Assembly (NCBI GenBank): GCA_043753995.1 | Contig: JAYUVP010000130.1 | Span: 1-14,331 of the forward strand | Origin: Fibrobacterota bacterium | GTDB taxonomy: Bacteria; Fibrobacterota; Fibrobacteria; UBA11236 | Direction: 5' to 3' | DNA length: 14,331 nt | In this document: piece after piece, positions 6,510 through 14,331 of the stretch | Layout of the letters: each line of letters starts with the position of its first letter | Numbering within the stretch: position 1 is the stretch's first letter | Notes under the pieces: model-generated | Databases searched by the model: none | What the model was told of the DNA's origin: nothing | What the model saw: only the letters and a program-made list of their open reading frames with translations | Translations under genes and position numbers: made by a program

Positions 6510-7499
6510 ATGCCCACCCCCTTACGCCAGCGCCTCACCCAGGGTGAATCGGGCTATCTGTTCTACGGCATCACGCCGCCCAAGCTAGGCACCGAACCCT
6601 CACGCTTGGCCGAAATCGCGGCTCGACATATCGAGCGTTTGCGCGAAGCGCCCATCGACGCCTTGGTGCTTTATGATTTGCAAGATGAGTCATCACGAAA
6701 TGAACAACCGAGACCATTTCCCTTCCTGGCCACCTTGCCGCCCGAGGTCTATGCCCAGCAATACCTGCAAGGCCTCGATTTGCCGAAAATCATTTATCAA
6801 AGCATAGGCAAGCACACCCCGGCGAGCCTCAAGGCTTTCTGCGAAGGCAAGGGTGAGGGCGATGTGCGCCCCGGCGCCAGGCCAGACTTCACGGTCTGGG
6901 TCGGTTCGCCTTCACGTCAGCAGGTCTCAACCCTGAGCCTCACCGAAGCCTATGCTTTGCGACACGCGTGGGTTACTCCGGCCAAGACTCCGGAATTTGG
7001 GCCTCTGCTCGGTGGCGTCACCATACCCGAGCGCCACAGGAAATCAGGCCATGAGCATATTCGCGTGATTGAAAAAGCCGAAAAGGGTTGCGCCTTCTTC
7101 ATCTCGCAATGCGTTTACAATGTTCAATCCGCAATGGATTTTCTTTCCGACTATCACTATGAGACCACGGCCCGGGGCTTGCCGCGCATTCCCCTGATTT
7201 TCACCTTGACTCCTTGCGGTTCGCCCAAGACCTTGCAATTCATGGAATGGCTGGGCATAGATATTCCCCGTTGGCTGAAAAACGAATTGCAACATTCCGG
7301 CAATACTTTGGAGCAATCCTTGCACGCTTGCCGCCACATTGCCCGCGACTTGCTCACCTTCGCGCGTGATAAAAATTTGCCAATCGGCTTCAATGTCGAG
7401 AGCGTCGCGGTGCGCAAAGAAGAAATCGAGGCGTCCTTGCATTTGGTGCATGAGGTGAAGGCGTTGATGCTAAGGGATACACTGGCCCCTAATAAATGA
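6510..7499 (+). CDS. Methylenetetrahydrofolate reductase family protein (MetF-like, FAD-linked)
   Basis: YGITPPK, YDLQDESSR..RPFPF, LLGGVTIPERH, FFISQCVY, PCGSPKTLQFMEWLGI and GFNVESVAVRKEEIEAS, as seen in the divergent MTHFR-like group. Activity is not provable from sequence. Confidence 0.82.
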   Translation: MPTPLRQRLTQGESGYLFYGITPPKLGTEPSRLAEIAARHIERLREAPIDALVLYDLQDESSRNEQPRPFPFLATLPPEVYAQQYLQGLDLPKIIYQSIGKHTPASLKAFCEGKGEGDVRPGARPDFTVWVGSPSRQQVSTLSLTEAYALRHAWVTPAKTPEFGPLLGGVTIPERHRKSGHEHIRVIEKAEKGCAFFISQCVYNVQSAMDFLSDYHYETTARGLPRIPLIFTLTPCGSPKTLQFMEWLGIDIPRWLKNELQHSGNTLEQSLHACRHIARDLLTFARDKNLPIGFNVESVAVRKEEIEASLHLVHEVKALMLRDTLAPNK

Positions 7500-7765
7500 A
7501 ATGGCTTCATGGGGCCTTTGGAATATATGGCAAAGCGGACCTGCCATAAAGTCAAGACTCCACGGAATGGCCGTCCCAAGCCACCGGCGCCACGTGTCAA
7601 ATCATCCCCAGAGCGCCTATTTGCAATTCCAAAATGCCACGGCACTCCCCGCATACCGACCGGGAATGTTTTTTGCTTTTCTAGCAGGGAAAATCCTGTC
7701 AATGGATCACCCCAAACCGTATTTCCAATTCCTGGAATTTGAAATGCGGCGAAATGGAAGCAAGC

Positions 7766-10700
7766 ATGAAGGACACGCGGATCACCATAGACGGCAACGA
7801 AGCTGCCGCCCGGATAGCTTATAAAGCCAGCGAAGTCATCGCGATTTATCCGATTACACCTTCGTCGACCATGGGTGAATGGGCCGATGAATGGGCCTCC
7901 CTGGATAAGAAAAACTTATGGGGGACGGTTCCCTTAGTTCAGGAAATGCAAAGCGAAGGCGGAGCGGCGGGAGCCGTGCACGGGGCCTTGCAAGCAGGCG
8001 CGCTTTCCACCACCTTCACGGCTTCGCAAGGCCTATTGCTGATGATTCCCAACATGTACAAGATTGCCGGAGAGCTAACCCCGGTGGTCTTCCATGTCGC
8101 TGCGCGCTCATTAGCAGCGCATGCGCTTTCGATTTTCGGCGACCATGCGGACATCATGTCCGCGCGGTCCACAGGTTGGGCCATGCTGGCCGCTTCCGGC
8201 GTGCAAGAGGCCGGAGACATGGCCCTGATCGCCCATTCCGCCACTTTAAAATCACGCATCCCTTTCGTGCACTTCTTCGATGGATTCCGCACGTCGCATG
8301 AAGTCGCGAAAGTCCAGACCATCCAGGACGATGTGATTCGCGCCATGATTGACGAAACCCTCGTCGATGCGCATCGGGCACGCAGCCTATCTCCCGACCA
8401 TCCCGTGCTGCGCGGAACGGCTCAGAATCCGGACGCTTATTTCCAGGCACGAGAAGCCTGCAACTCCTTCTACAATGCCTGCCCGACGCATGTGGAAGAA
8501 GCCATGAGAATGTTCGAGAGGCTGACGGGGCGTGCCTACAACCTCTTCGATTATTATGGTGCACCCGACGCGGAACGAATCATCATCGTCATGGGTTCGG
8601 GGGCAAATACCATCGAAGAGACGGTCGATGCCCTGGCGGCCTCGGGTGAAAAGGTCGGCCTCATTAATGTCCGGTTATTTCGTCCATTTTCCGCCTCGCA
8701 TTTTCTGAAAGCGATTCCCGCCAGCGCCAAATCGATAGCCGTCCTCGATCGCTCTAAAGAGCCCGGTGCCTTGGGCGAACCGCTTTACCAGGACATTCTC
8801 ACTGCTCTTTTCGAAGCGGAGACCCAGCACGCCAACCTCAAAAAGGTGATTGGCGGGCGTTATGGATTGAGCTCCAAGGAATTCACGCCGGGCATGGTGA
8901 AGGCCGTATTCGACGAATTGAAAAAGGAAAAGCCCCGCAACCATTTCACCATTGGCATTCACGACGACGTCACCCACACCAGCCTGGATTGGGATCTCAA
9001 ATTCACGACCGAGCCCAATAATCAAGTGCGTGCCATGTTCTATGGACTGGGCGCCGACGGAACCGTGAGCGCGAATAAGAGCTCGATCAAGATCATCGGT
9101 GAAGAAACCGAGAATTATGCCCAAGGATATTTCGTGTACGACTCCAAGAAATCGGGAGCCATCACGGTATCGCATTTGCGCTTCGGACCTGATCCGATTC
9201 GTTCCAGCTATCTCGTGCAAACCGCGCATTTCGTGGCCTGTCATCAATGGCCCTTCCTGGAACAATATGACATACTCGCCTCTATTCTGCCGGGAGGCAC
9301 CTTCCTGCTGAATAGCCCCTTCCTTGCCGATGAGGTCTGGGACAAATTGCCGGAGCGTGTGCAGTCCCGCATTCTAGAACGTAAGGTCAAACTATTTGTG
9401 ATAGACGCGATGAAGGTGGCTAAAGAAACCGGCATGGGTGGGCGCATCAATACCATCATGCAGACTTGCTTCTTCGCCATCTCGGGTGTGCTGGAACGCA
9501 GCGAGGCCATTGGCCTCATCAAGGCGGGCATTAAAAAAACCTATGGCAAAAAAGGCGAACAAATCGTCGAGCAGAATTTCGCCGCTGTGGACAAGACCTT
9601 GGACTTCCTCTTCGAGGTGGATGTCTCCCAGGCCAAGATCAATGGCAGCAAAACGCCTCTGACTGTGAGCGCCAAAGCTCCCGCCTTTGTCCGCGATGTC
9701 ATTGCTCCCATGATGGAAGGCCGAGGCGATCTCTTGCCCGTTAGTGCTTTTCCTGTAGACGGAACCTTTCAAACGGGAACCGCAAAATGGGAAAAGCGGA
9801 ATATCGCTTCGGAAATTCCCATTTGGGATCCGGTGTCTTGCACCCAGTGCATGAAATGCGCCTTGGTCTGTCCCCATTCGTCCATACGCGGGAAAATCGT
9901 CGACAAGGAAGTGCTACAGGGCGTGCCCGAAGGCTTTCGCTTCATCGATGCCAAGACCAAGGAATTCAAGGGCAAGCAATTCATCTTGCAAGTCGCCCCT
10001 GAGGACTGCACGGGCTGCGGCATTTGCGTCGACATTTGCCCCGGACGCAATAAGAGCGAGACCCGCCTGCGCGCCATCAATATGGAGGAACAGGCTCCGC
10101 ATCGGCAAACAGAAAAACAGTATTGGGAATTCTTCGAAAACCTCCCCATACTGGATCGCACCACCACGGCGGCCACCAATGTTCGTACGTCCCAGATGTA
10201 TGAACCTTATTTCGAATTTTCCGGAGCCTGCTCGGGTTGCGGCGAAACGCCCTATATCAAACTGGTTACCCAGCTATTCGGCGATCGCATGGTCGTGGCC
10301 AATGCCACGGGATGCTCGTCCATTTATGGCGGCAATCTCCCGACCACGCCTTGGACCAAGGATGCGAATGGACGCGGGCCCGCTTGGTCGAATTCGCTTT
10401 TCGAAGACAATGCGGAATTCGGTCTGGGCATGCGGCTCTCCGTCGACAAGCAATCAGAAATGGCCGTAGAGACATTGAAACAGCTGGAAAGCCAGGTCGG
10501 CACCCAATTGGTTTCGTCTTTGCTCGACGCAGTACAGACGGATGAAATGGGCATTGCCGAGCAAAGGCAACGAGTGGATATTCTCAAGGAAAAACTGAAG
10601 ACTTTGAATAGTAAGGAAGCGACGCGCCTTCTGACTCTCGCAGATTATTTGGTCAAGAAAAGCGTCTGGATTTTCGGCGGCGATGGCTGGGCCTATGATA

Positions 10701-11329
10701 TTGGCTTCGGCGGCCTCGACCATGTGCTTTCCACTGGAAAGAACGTGAACATCTTGGTGCTCGACACCGAGGTCTATTCGAATACCGGTGGACAGGCTTC
10801 CAAAGCCACTCCCAAGGCGGCGGTCGCCAAGTTCGCCATGGGTGGAAAAGTCGTGGGCAAAAAGGATCTCGCCCGCATCGCTATGTCCTATGGCAATGTC
10901 TATGTGGCCCAAGTGGCCATGGGCGCCAGGGACGAACAAACCATCAAGGCCTTCTTGGAAGCCGAGAAGCATCAGGGACCTTCCATCATTCTGGCTTATA
11001 GCCATTGCATTGCCCATGGCATCGACATGCGTACCGCGATGCGAGAACATCGAGACATGGTGGCCAGCGGCCACTGGATGATGTTCCGGTACAATCCTGC
11101 TTTACGCTTGGAAGGCAAGAATCCGCTACAGCTCGACTCGGCCAAACCGACCAAGCCCCTAGCTGAATTCTACGACAAGCAAAACCGCTTCAAGATGCTC
11201 ACCAAGAGCCAGCCGGAAGTGGCCCAGCGCTTGCTCCTCGAAGCGGAAAGAGAGGCGCATGAACGTTGGCAGGAATACGAAAGGCTTGCCGCCCCTTGGA
11301 CGGTGGCGGAAGAGGGAGGTGCAGCATGA
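7766..11329 (+). CDS. nifJ: Pyruvate:ferredoxin (flavodoxin) oxidoreductase, single-chain type
   Basis: IDGNEAAA, YPITPS, EMQSEGGAAG, TTFTASQGLLLMIPNMYKIAGEL, GLGADGTV, two 4Fe-4S motifs (CTQCMKCALVCP, CTGCGICVDICP), ACSGCGETPY, TPP-binding GGDGWAYDIG and DTEVYSNTGGQ. Start at ATG 7766 (alternative 7754). Confidence 0.97.
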   Translation: MKDTRITIDGNEAAARIAYKASEVIAIYPITPSSTMGEWADEWASLDKKNLWGTVPLVQEMQSEGGAAGAVHGALQAGALSTTFTASQGLLLMIPNMYKIAGELTPVVFHVAARSLAAHALSIFGDHADIMSARSTGWAMLAASGVQEAGDMALIAHSATLKSRIPFVHFFDGFRTSHEVAKVQTIQDDVIRAMIDETLVDAHRARSLSPDHPVLRGTAQNPDAYFQAREACNSFYNACPTHVEEAMRMFERLTGRAYNLFDYYGAPDAERIIIVMGSGANTIEETVDALAASGEKVGLINVRLFRPFSASHFLKAIPASAKSIAVLDRSKEPGALGEPLYQDILTALFEAETQHANLKKVIGGRYGLSSKEFTPGMVKAVFDELKKEKPRNHFTIGIHDDVTHTSLDWDLKFTTEPNNQVRAMFYGLGADGTVSANKSSIKIIGEETENYAQGYFVYDSKKSGAITVSHLRFGPDPIRSSYLVQTAHFVACHQWPFLEQYDILASILPGGTFLLNSPFLADEVWDKLPERVQSRILERKVKLFVIDAMKVAKETGMGGRINTIMQTCFFAISGVLERSEAIGLIKAGIKKTYGKKGEQIVEQNFAAVDKTLDFLFEVDVSQAKINGSKTPLTVSAKAPAFVRDVIAPMMEGRGDLLPVSAFPVDGTFQTGTAKWEKRNIASEIPIWDPVSCTQCMKCALVCPHSSIRGKIVDKEVLQGVPEGFRFIDAKTKEFKGKQFILQVAPEDCTGCGICVDICPGRNKSETRLRAINMEEQAPHRQTEKQYWEFFENLPILDRTTTAATNVRTSQMYEPYFEFSGACSGCGETPYIKLVTQLFGDRMVVANATGCSSIYGGNLPTTPWTKDANGRGPAWSNSLFEDNAEFGLGMRLSVDKQSEMAVETLKQLESQVGTQLVSSLLDAVQTDEMGIAEQRQRVDILKEKLKTLNSKEATRLLTLADYLVKKSVWIFGGDGWAYDIGFGGLDHVLSTGKNVNILVLDTEVYSNTGGQASKATPKAAVAKFAMGGKVVGKKDLARIAMSYGNVYVAQVAMGARDEQTIKAFLEAEKHQGPSIILAYSHCIAHGIDMRTAMREHRDMVASGHWMMFRYNPALRLEGKNPLQLDSAKPTKPLAEFYDKQNRFKMLTKSQPEVAQRLLLEAEREAHERWQEYERLAAPWTVAEEGGAA

Positions 11330-12345
11330 ACTTGCAGACGGAATATCTTGGCCTGACACTGAAGAATCCCTTGGTAGCGGCGGCATCTCCGCTCACTGAA
11401 AACCTCGATAACTTGAAGGCCATGGAAGACAATGGCATGGCAGCTGTCGTGCTTCCCAGTCTTTTCGAAGAGCAATTGACCCACGATATGTATGAGCATT
11501 TGCATCATACAACGGTGGGAACCGACTCCTTTCCCGAGGCGAGCACCTTCTTCCCAAACCCCAGAGGATTTCAATTCGGCCCGGAGAAATACCTCGATCA
11601 CATTCGTAAAGCCAAGGCGGCCTTGGGCATTCCCGTCATCGCCAGCCTCAATGCGCAGGGGCCCGGGGGCTGGGTTTCCCATGCGAGTCTGATACAGGCC
11701 GCAGGGGCGGATGCCCTTGAGCTGAACATCTATCAAATGCCCACGCAAAAAGGCATCACGGGCGCCGCGGTGGAGTCCCAATATCTCGACATCGTGCGCG
11801 CGGTGAAAGCCGAAGTGAAGATTCCGGTAGCCGTGAAAATCTCCCCGTTCTTCAGTTCGATTTCAAACATGGCTTCGCTATTCGCGCAAGAGGGCGCCAA
11901 TGGCTTGGTTTTGTTCAATCGATACTATCAGCCCGATATCAATATCGAGACACTCGAAGTCGAGCCCACCGTGGTCTTGAGTTCGCCCACGGCGATTCGC
12001 CTCACCTTGCTCTGGATAGCCTTGCTTCACGGGAATGCTCCGATGAACCTGGCGGCCAGTAGCGGCATTCACTCCGCCTCCGACGTTATCAAGTGCACCA
12101 TGGTGGGTGCTGATGTCTCCATGCTCTGCTCCGCGCTTTACAAGCAGGGCCTGCATTGCGTCCCCAAGTTGATTCACGATTTGAAGGCGTGGATGGAAAG
12201 TCACGAGTATGAAAGCATTGCCCAGATGAAGGGCAGCATGAGTTATAAAAAAGCAGATCGGCCCGAGTCTTTCGAGCGAGCGAATTATGTGCGTTCGCTT
12301 AGGAATGATTTCTTTATGGTGAGGCCGATGCCTTTTCAGAGGTAG
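11326..12345 (+). CDS. Dihydroorotate dehydrogenase-like FMN flavoprotein (PFOR-associated type), 339 aa
   Basis: MNLQTEYLGLTLKNPLV, SLFEEQ, IPVIASLN, ADALELNIY, IPVAVKISPFF, LVLFNRYYQPDI, SGIHS and FERANY. The ATG overlaps the nifJ stop (ATGA 11326-11329) with SD GGAGG at 11315-11319. Confidence 0.92.
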   Translation: MNLQTEYLGLTLKNPLVAAASPLTENLDNLKAMEDNGMAAVVLPSLFEEQLTHDMYEHLHHTTVGTDSFPEASTFFPNPRGFQFGPEKYLDHIRKAKAALGIPVIASLNAQGPGGWVSHASLIQAAGADALELNIYQMPTQKGITGAAVESQYLDIVRAVKAEVKIPVAVKISPFFSSISNMASLFAQEGANGLVLFNRYYQPDINIETLEVEPTVVLSSPTAIRLTLLWIALLHGNAPMNLAASSGIHSASDVIKCTMVGADVSMLCSALYKQGLHCVPKLIHDLKAWMESHEYESIAQMKGSMSYKKADRPESFERANYVRSLRNDFFMVRPMPFQR

Positions 12346-12412
12346 GCGCAGGAGCGGGGGCAGGCACCTTTAGCAGCTTAGAGTGCCGGTGCCCTCAAGC
12401 TGCCTGCTTATC
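12341..12412 (+). other. Long imperfect stem-loop at the end of the nifJ operon
   Basis: GGTAG/TTATC, GCAGG/CCTGC, AGC/GCT, GGGGGCA/TGCCCTC, GGCAC/GTGCC and CTTTAG/TTAGAG pair in nested order around a CAGC loop, with G-U pairs on the + strand. No U-tract follows. Confidence 0.55.
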
Positions 12413-13033
12413 GATTTCGACCAACTTGCTGTATTGCTAAGTTTTGCCATTTGAACCAAATAGCCCCGAACCGGGAAATTTATCACTGCGCGCCGGTCAT
12501 GGTCACACGGCATGGTGAACAGATCGGATCCGATCTCCTACTCTTCAATAAAAAGCATGCTCCACTTGAGATTAAGCGCGAAGCTTTCAAAATTGGAGTG
12601 GAACGCAGGGCAAAGAAGTACTCTGGTATAGACGAAACGGAGTTGCTCGCAAATTTCGGAAAATAAATGAAAGCTAGGTGCGATTCAGGTAACCGTCGTG
12701 GATGTTCACATTCTTTTGCTGGCTGCCGATTTGGTGGGAAAGCATGGAATAGTTCGGGCCGGGTGCAGCGGATTATGATTGGAAATGGGATCAGATCTAG
12801 ATCTACCTCTGCACCAGCACCAGGGTTTACATTTATCCCACGGCCCCACCGGGTTTCAGGTGTAGATTATAAGGACCCTGACAAATGATATTCACATCCA
12901 TTTCAATCACTAACATTGAATACGCCCAAGAATAATTGGGTGCCCGTGCCGGAGCGGTATTGGGAAGAATGGGGGGCGGCGAGTAGGCTTCCTGTTCGCT
13001 TCTTTTATTCCCCGAATCTTCCCGCCAGTACGC

Positions 13034-14331
13034 ATGCCTGAGCGAACGCCGGATTTCAATACTGGATGCGCGACACGGAATTCACGCGCACTATCCCAAA
13101 AGCGATTTTTTTTTATGGGGATGGTAAAAATCTTGGCTATGGGATCGATGGCCATGGAAGATTCCTTGAGCCACGTGGAAGGCATGGAGTTTTGCCTTCA
13201 AAGCAAGGGATTTGTTTCCGCAAAAATAAACCCGGTAACCGAAGACATACTCGCAGACCAAGAAAATGTGAATCACCATGGTGCGTTGTATCTTGATTTG
13301 CTGCCAGTCATGAAGGTGGCCGAAGGGGCCAGAATTCAGCTCAGGCTAAATCTCCAGAATAGGTCGCTATCGGCCTATCAATCCGCTGAGGCAAGTTGGT
13401 TCTTCTTGGGAATTCTTGAGAAACACTTCGGACACACCTCCTCGAACGAGTATTCCGGAATGTGGCGCCTTGATGTTGGTAATTTGGATGACCAAACCAT
13501 TGGGCAGGGGCTTACCATAAAGGACTTTCAGGCCACCGGGTTTTCTGGGTTATTGACTTGGAAAGGCATGAAGTTAACAGTTGCCTCCTGGGCCCAGGAT
13601 TACGATGTGCAGGGAGACATCTTTCTAGCGGGTATCCACCTTCCCCGCTATGGGACAGGAGTGAATTCAATAATTTGGTTTGAGGAACAAACTGCGGATC
13701 GGCCATCGGTTTTCGTCCTACCATTCATGCGCCAGACCGTTCGTCAGGCGGAAATCTACGCAGAAATAGGTATCAAAATGCCAGGACGGGAGGCGCGTAG
13801 CACAAGTAATCCTGCCAAGTATCCGAAGTGGACTGGGGCGGGATTGGCTGGCATTCTGTTTAAGCTAGAGAGGGAAAACTGGTTGCTTTCTGCAAACCCC
13901 GAGTTTCGGGCATACGGAAGGAACTTCATTCCATTAGCTGGTGTTCGTGACGAGATTTATACCAGTCTGTATAATTATGGGAAGTCCACTAACAATTGGA
14001 TAGATTTTTTCTCTTCAGTCGAAAACAGCCAATGGATTTACCTGAAGGCGTCCATAGAAACCCCGAAATTGGCGGGCTTTTCGTTTTTCGTTGAAGACGA
14101 ATATCTTCAGTTTGTCAGCTCCCAGGACCTCTTCTGGGATCGCAAAGCCAGCGCGTTGGTTTCCTACAACCCGTCCAGTAATTTATACAGGCTTGGGACC
14201 CGCCTTTCATATTGGCAGGGTGTCCAAATGGAGCTGCTCGTGACTAATTCATTAATCAATTACCATCCAGGTTCGACGCCCGGAGTTAATACTGATGATT
14301 CTGACATCTTGATTGGGTCGAGCAGGGGTAG
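13034..14331 (+). CDS. Hypothetical protein, probable outer-membrane beta-barrel; truncated by the window edge
   Basis: Manual translation shows the frame open from 12920 to the end of the window (432 codons from ATG 13034). Alternating hydrophobic strand-like segments (ALYLDLLP, RIQLRLNL, WRLDVGN, EIYAEIGIK, WIYLKASIET, LYRLGTRLSY) and a signal-like segment KRFFFMGMVKILAMGSMA. The true start is uncertain (13034, 13115 or 13121). Confidence 0.7.
   Translation, partial: MPERTPDFNTGCATRNSRALSQKRFFFMGMVKILAMGSMAMEDSLSHVEGMEFCLQSKGFVSAKINPVTEDILADQENVNHHGALYLDLLPVMKVAEGARIQLRLNLQNRSLSAYQSAEASWFFLGILEKHFGHTSSNEYSGMWRLDVGNLDDQTIGQGLTIKDFQATGFSGLLTWKGMKLTVASWAQDYDVQGDIFLAGIHLPRYGTGVNSIIWFEEQTADRPSVFVLPFMRQTVRQAEIYAEIGIKMPGREARSTSNPAKYPKWTGAGLAGILFKLERENWLLSANPEFRAYGRNFIPLAGVRDEIYTSLYNYGKSTNNWIDFFSSVENSQWIYLKASIETPKLAGFSFFVEDEYLQFVSSQDLFWDRKASALVSYNPSSNLYRLGTRLSYWQGVQMELLVTNSLINYHPGSTPGVNTDDSDILIGSSRG

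Noticed and set aside
7733..7747. Sigma-54-like TGGAAT-N5-ATGC upstream of nifJ
   Set aside because: The GG-N10-GC spacing is right, but the match to TGGCAC/TTGC is partial and it would leave a leader of only about 7 nt.
7501..7824. Short ORFs between the MetF-like gene and nifJ
   Set aside because: They have no recognisable motifs or SD and one overlaps the nifJ start; this is most likely promoter DNA.
11266..11325. Upstream start for the DHOD-like gene
   Set aside because: It overlaps nifJ by 64 nt; ATG 11326 has GGAGG and an ATGA coupling overlap.
4076..12204. Numerous 60-215 aa antisense and alternate-frame ORFs inside the xylanase, AraC, GNAT, MetF-like, nifJ and DHOD-like genes
   Set aside because: These are expected shadows of GC-rich coding sequence with no independent motifs.
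1..14331. CRISPR array, rRNA, tRNA, transposase or integrase
   Set aside because: No regularly spaced repeats, RNA gene signatures or recombinase motifs were seen by eye.

Overview
Bacterial chromosomal window; three secreted proteins with basic C-terminal tails ending in an aromatic-D/Q-x-x-G-R motif suggest a Fibrobacterota-like cellulolytic organism (inference). Left to right: a small secreted protein; a decayed minus-strand pectate lyase (PL1-like) pseudogene that the ORF track shows only as fragments; an Mpo1/DUF962-like membrane protein; a GC-rich hairpin cluster; an AT-richer cassette with two palindromic operator-like boxes, a di-heme cytochrome b and a membrane-anchored LuxR-type regulator; a GH10 xylanase; an AraC-GyrI regulator with an apparent internal in-frame start; a GNAT acetyltransferase; a MetF-like reductase; pyruvate:ferredoxin oxidoreductase (nifJ) coupled to a dihydroorotate dehydrogenase-like flavoprotein that lacks the usual catalytic residues; a long hairpin; about 600 bp with no recognisable gene but two triple-GATC clusters; and a >430-codon ORF (probable outer-membrane beta-barrel) that runs off the right edge and is missing from the ORF track. 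No rRNA, tRNA, CRISPR array or transposase was seen.
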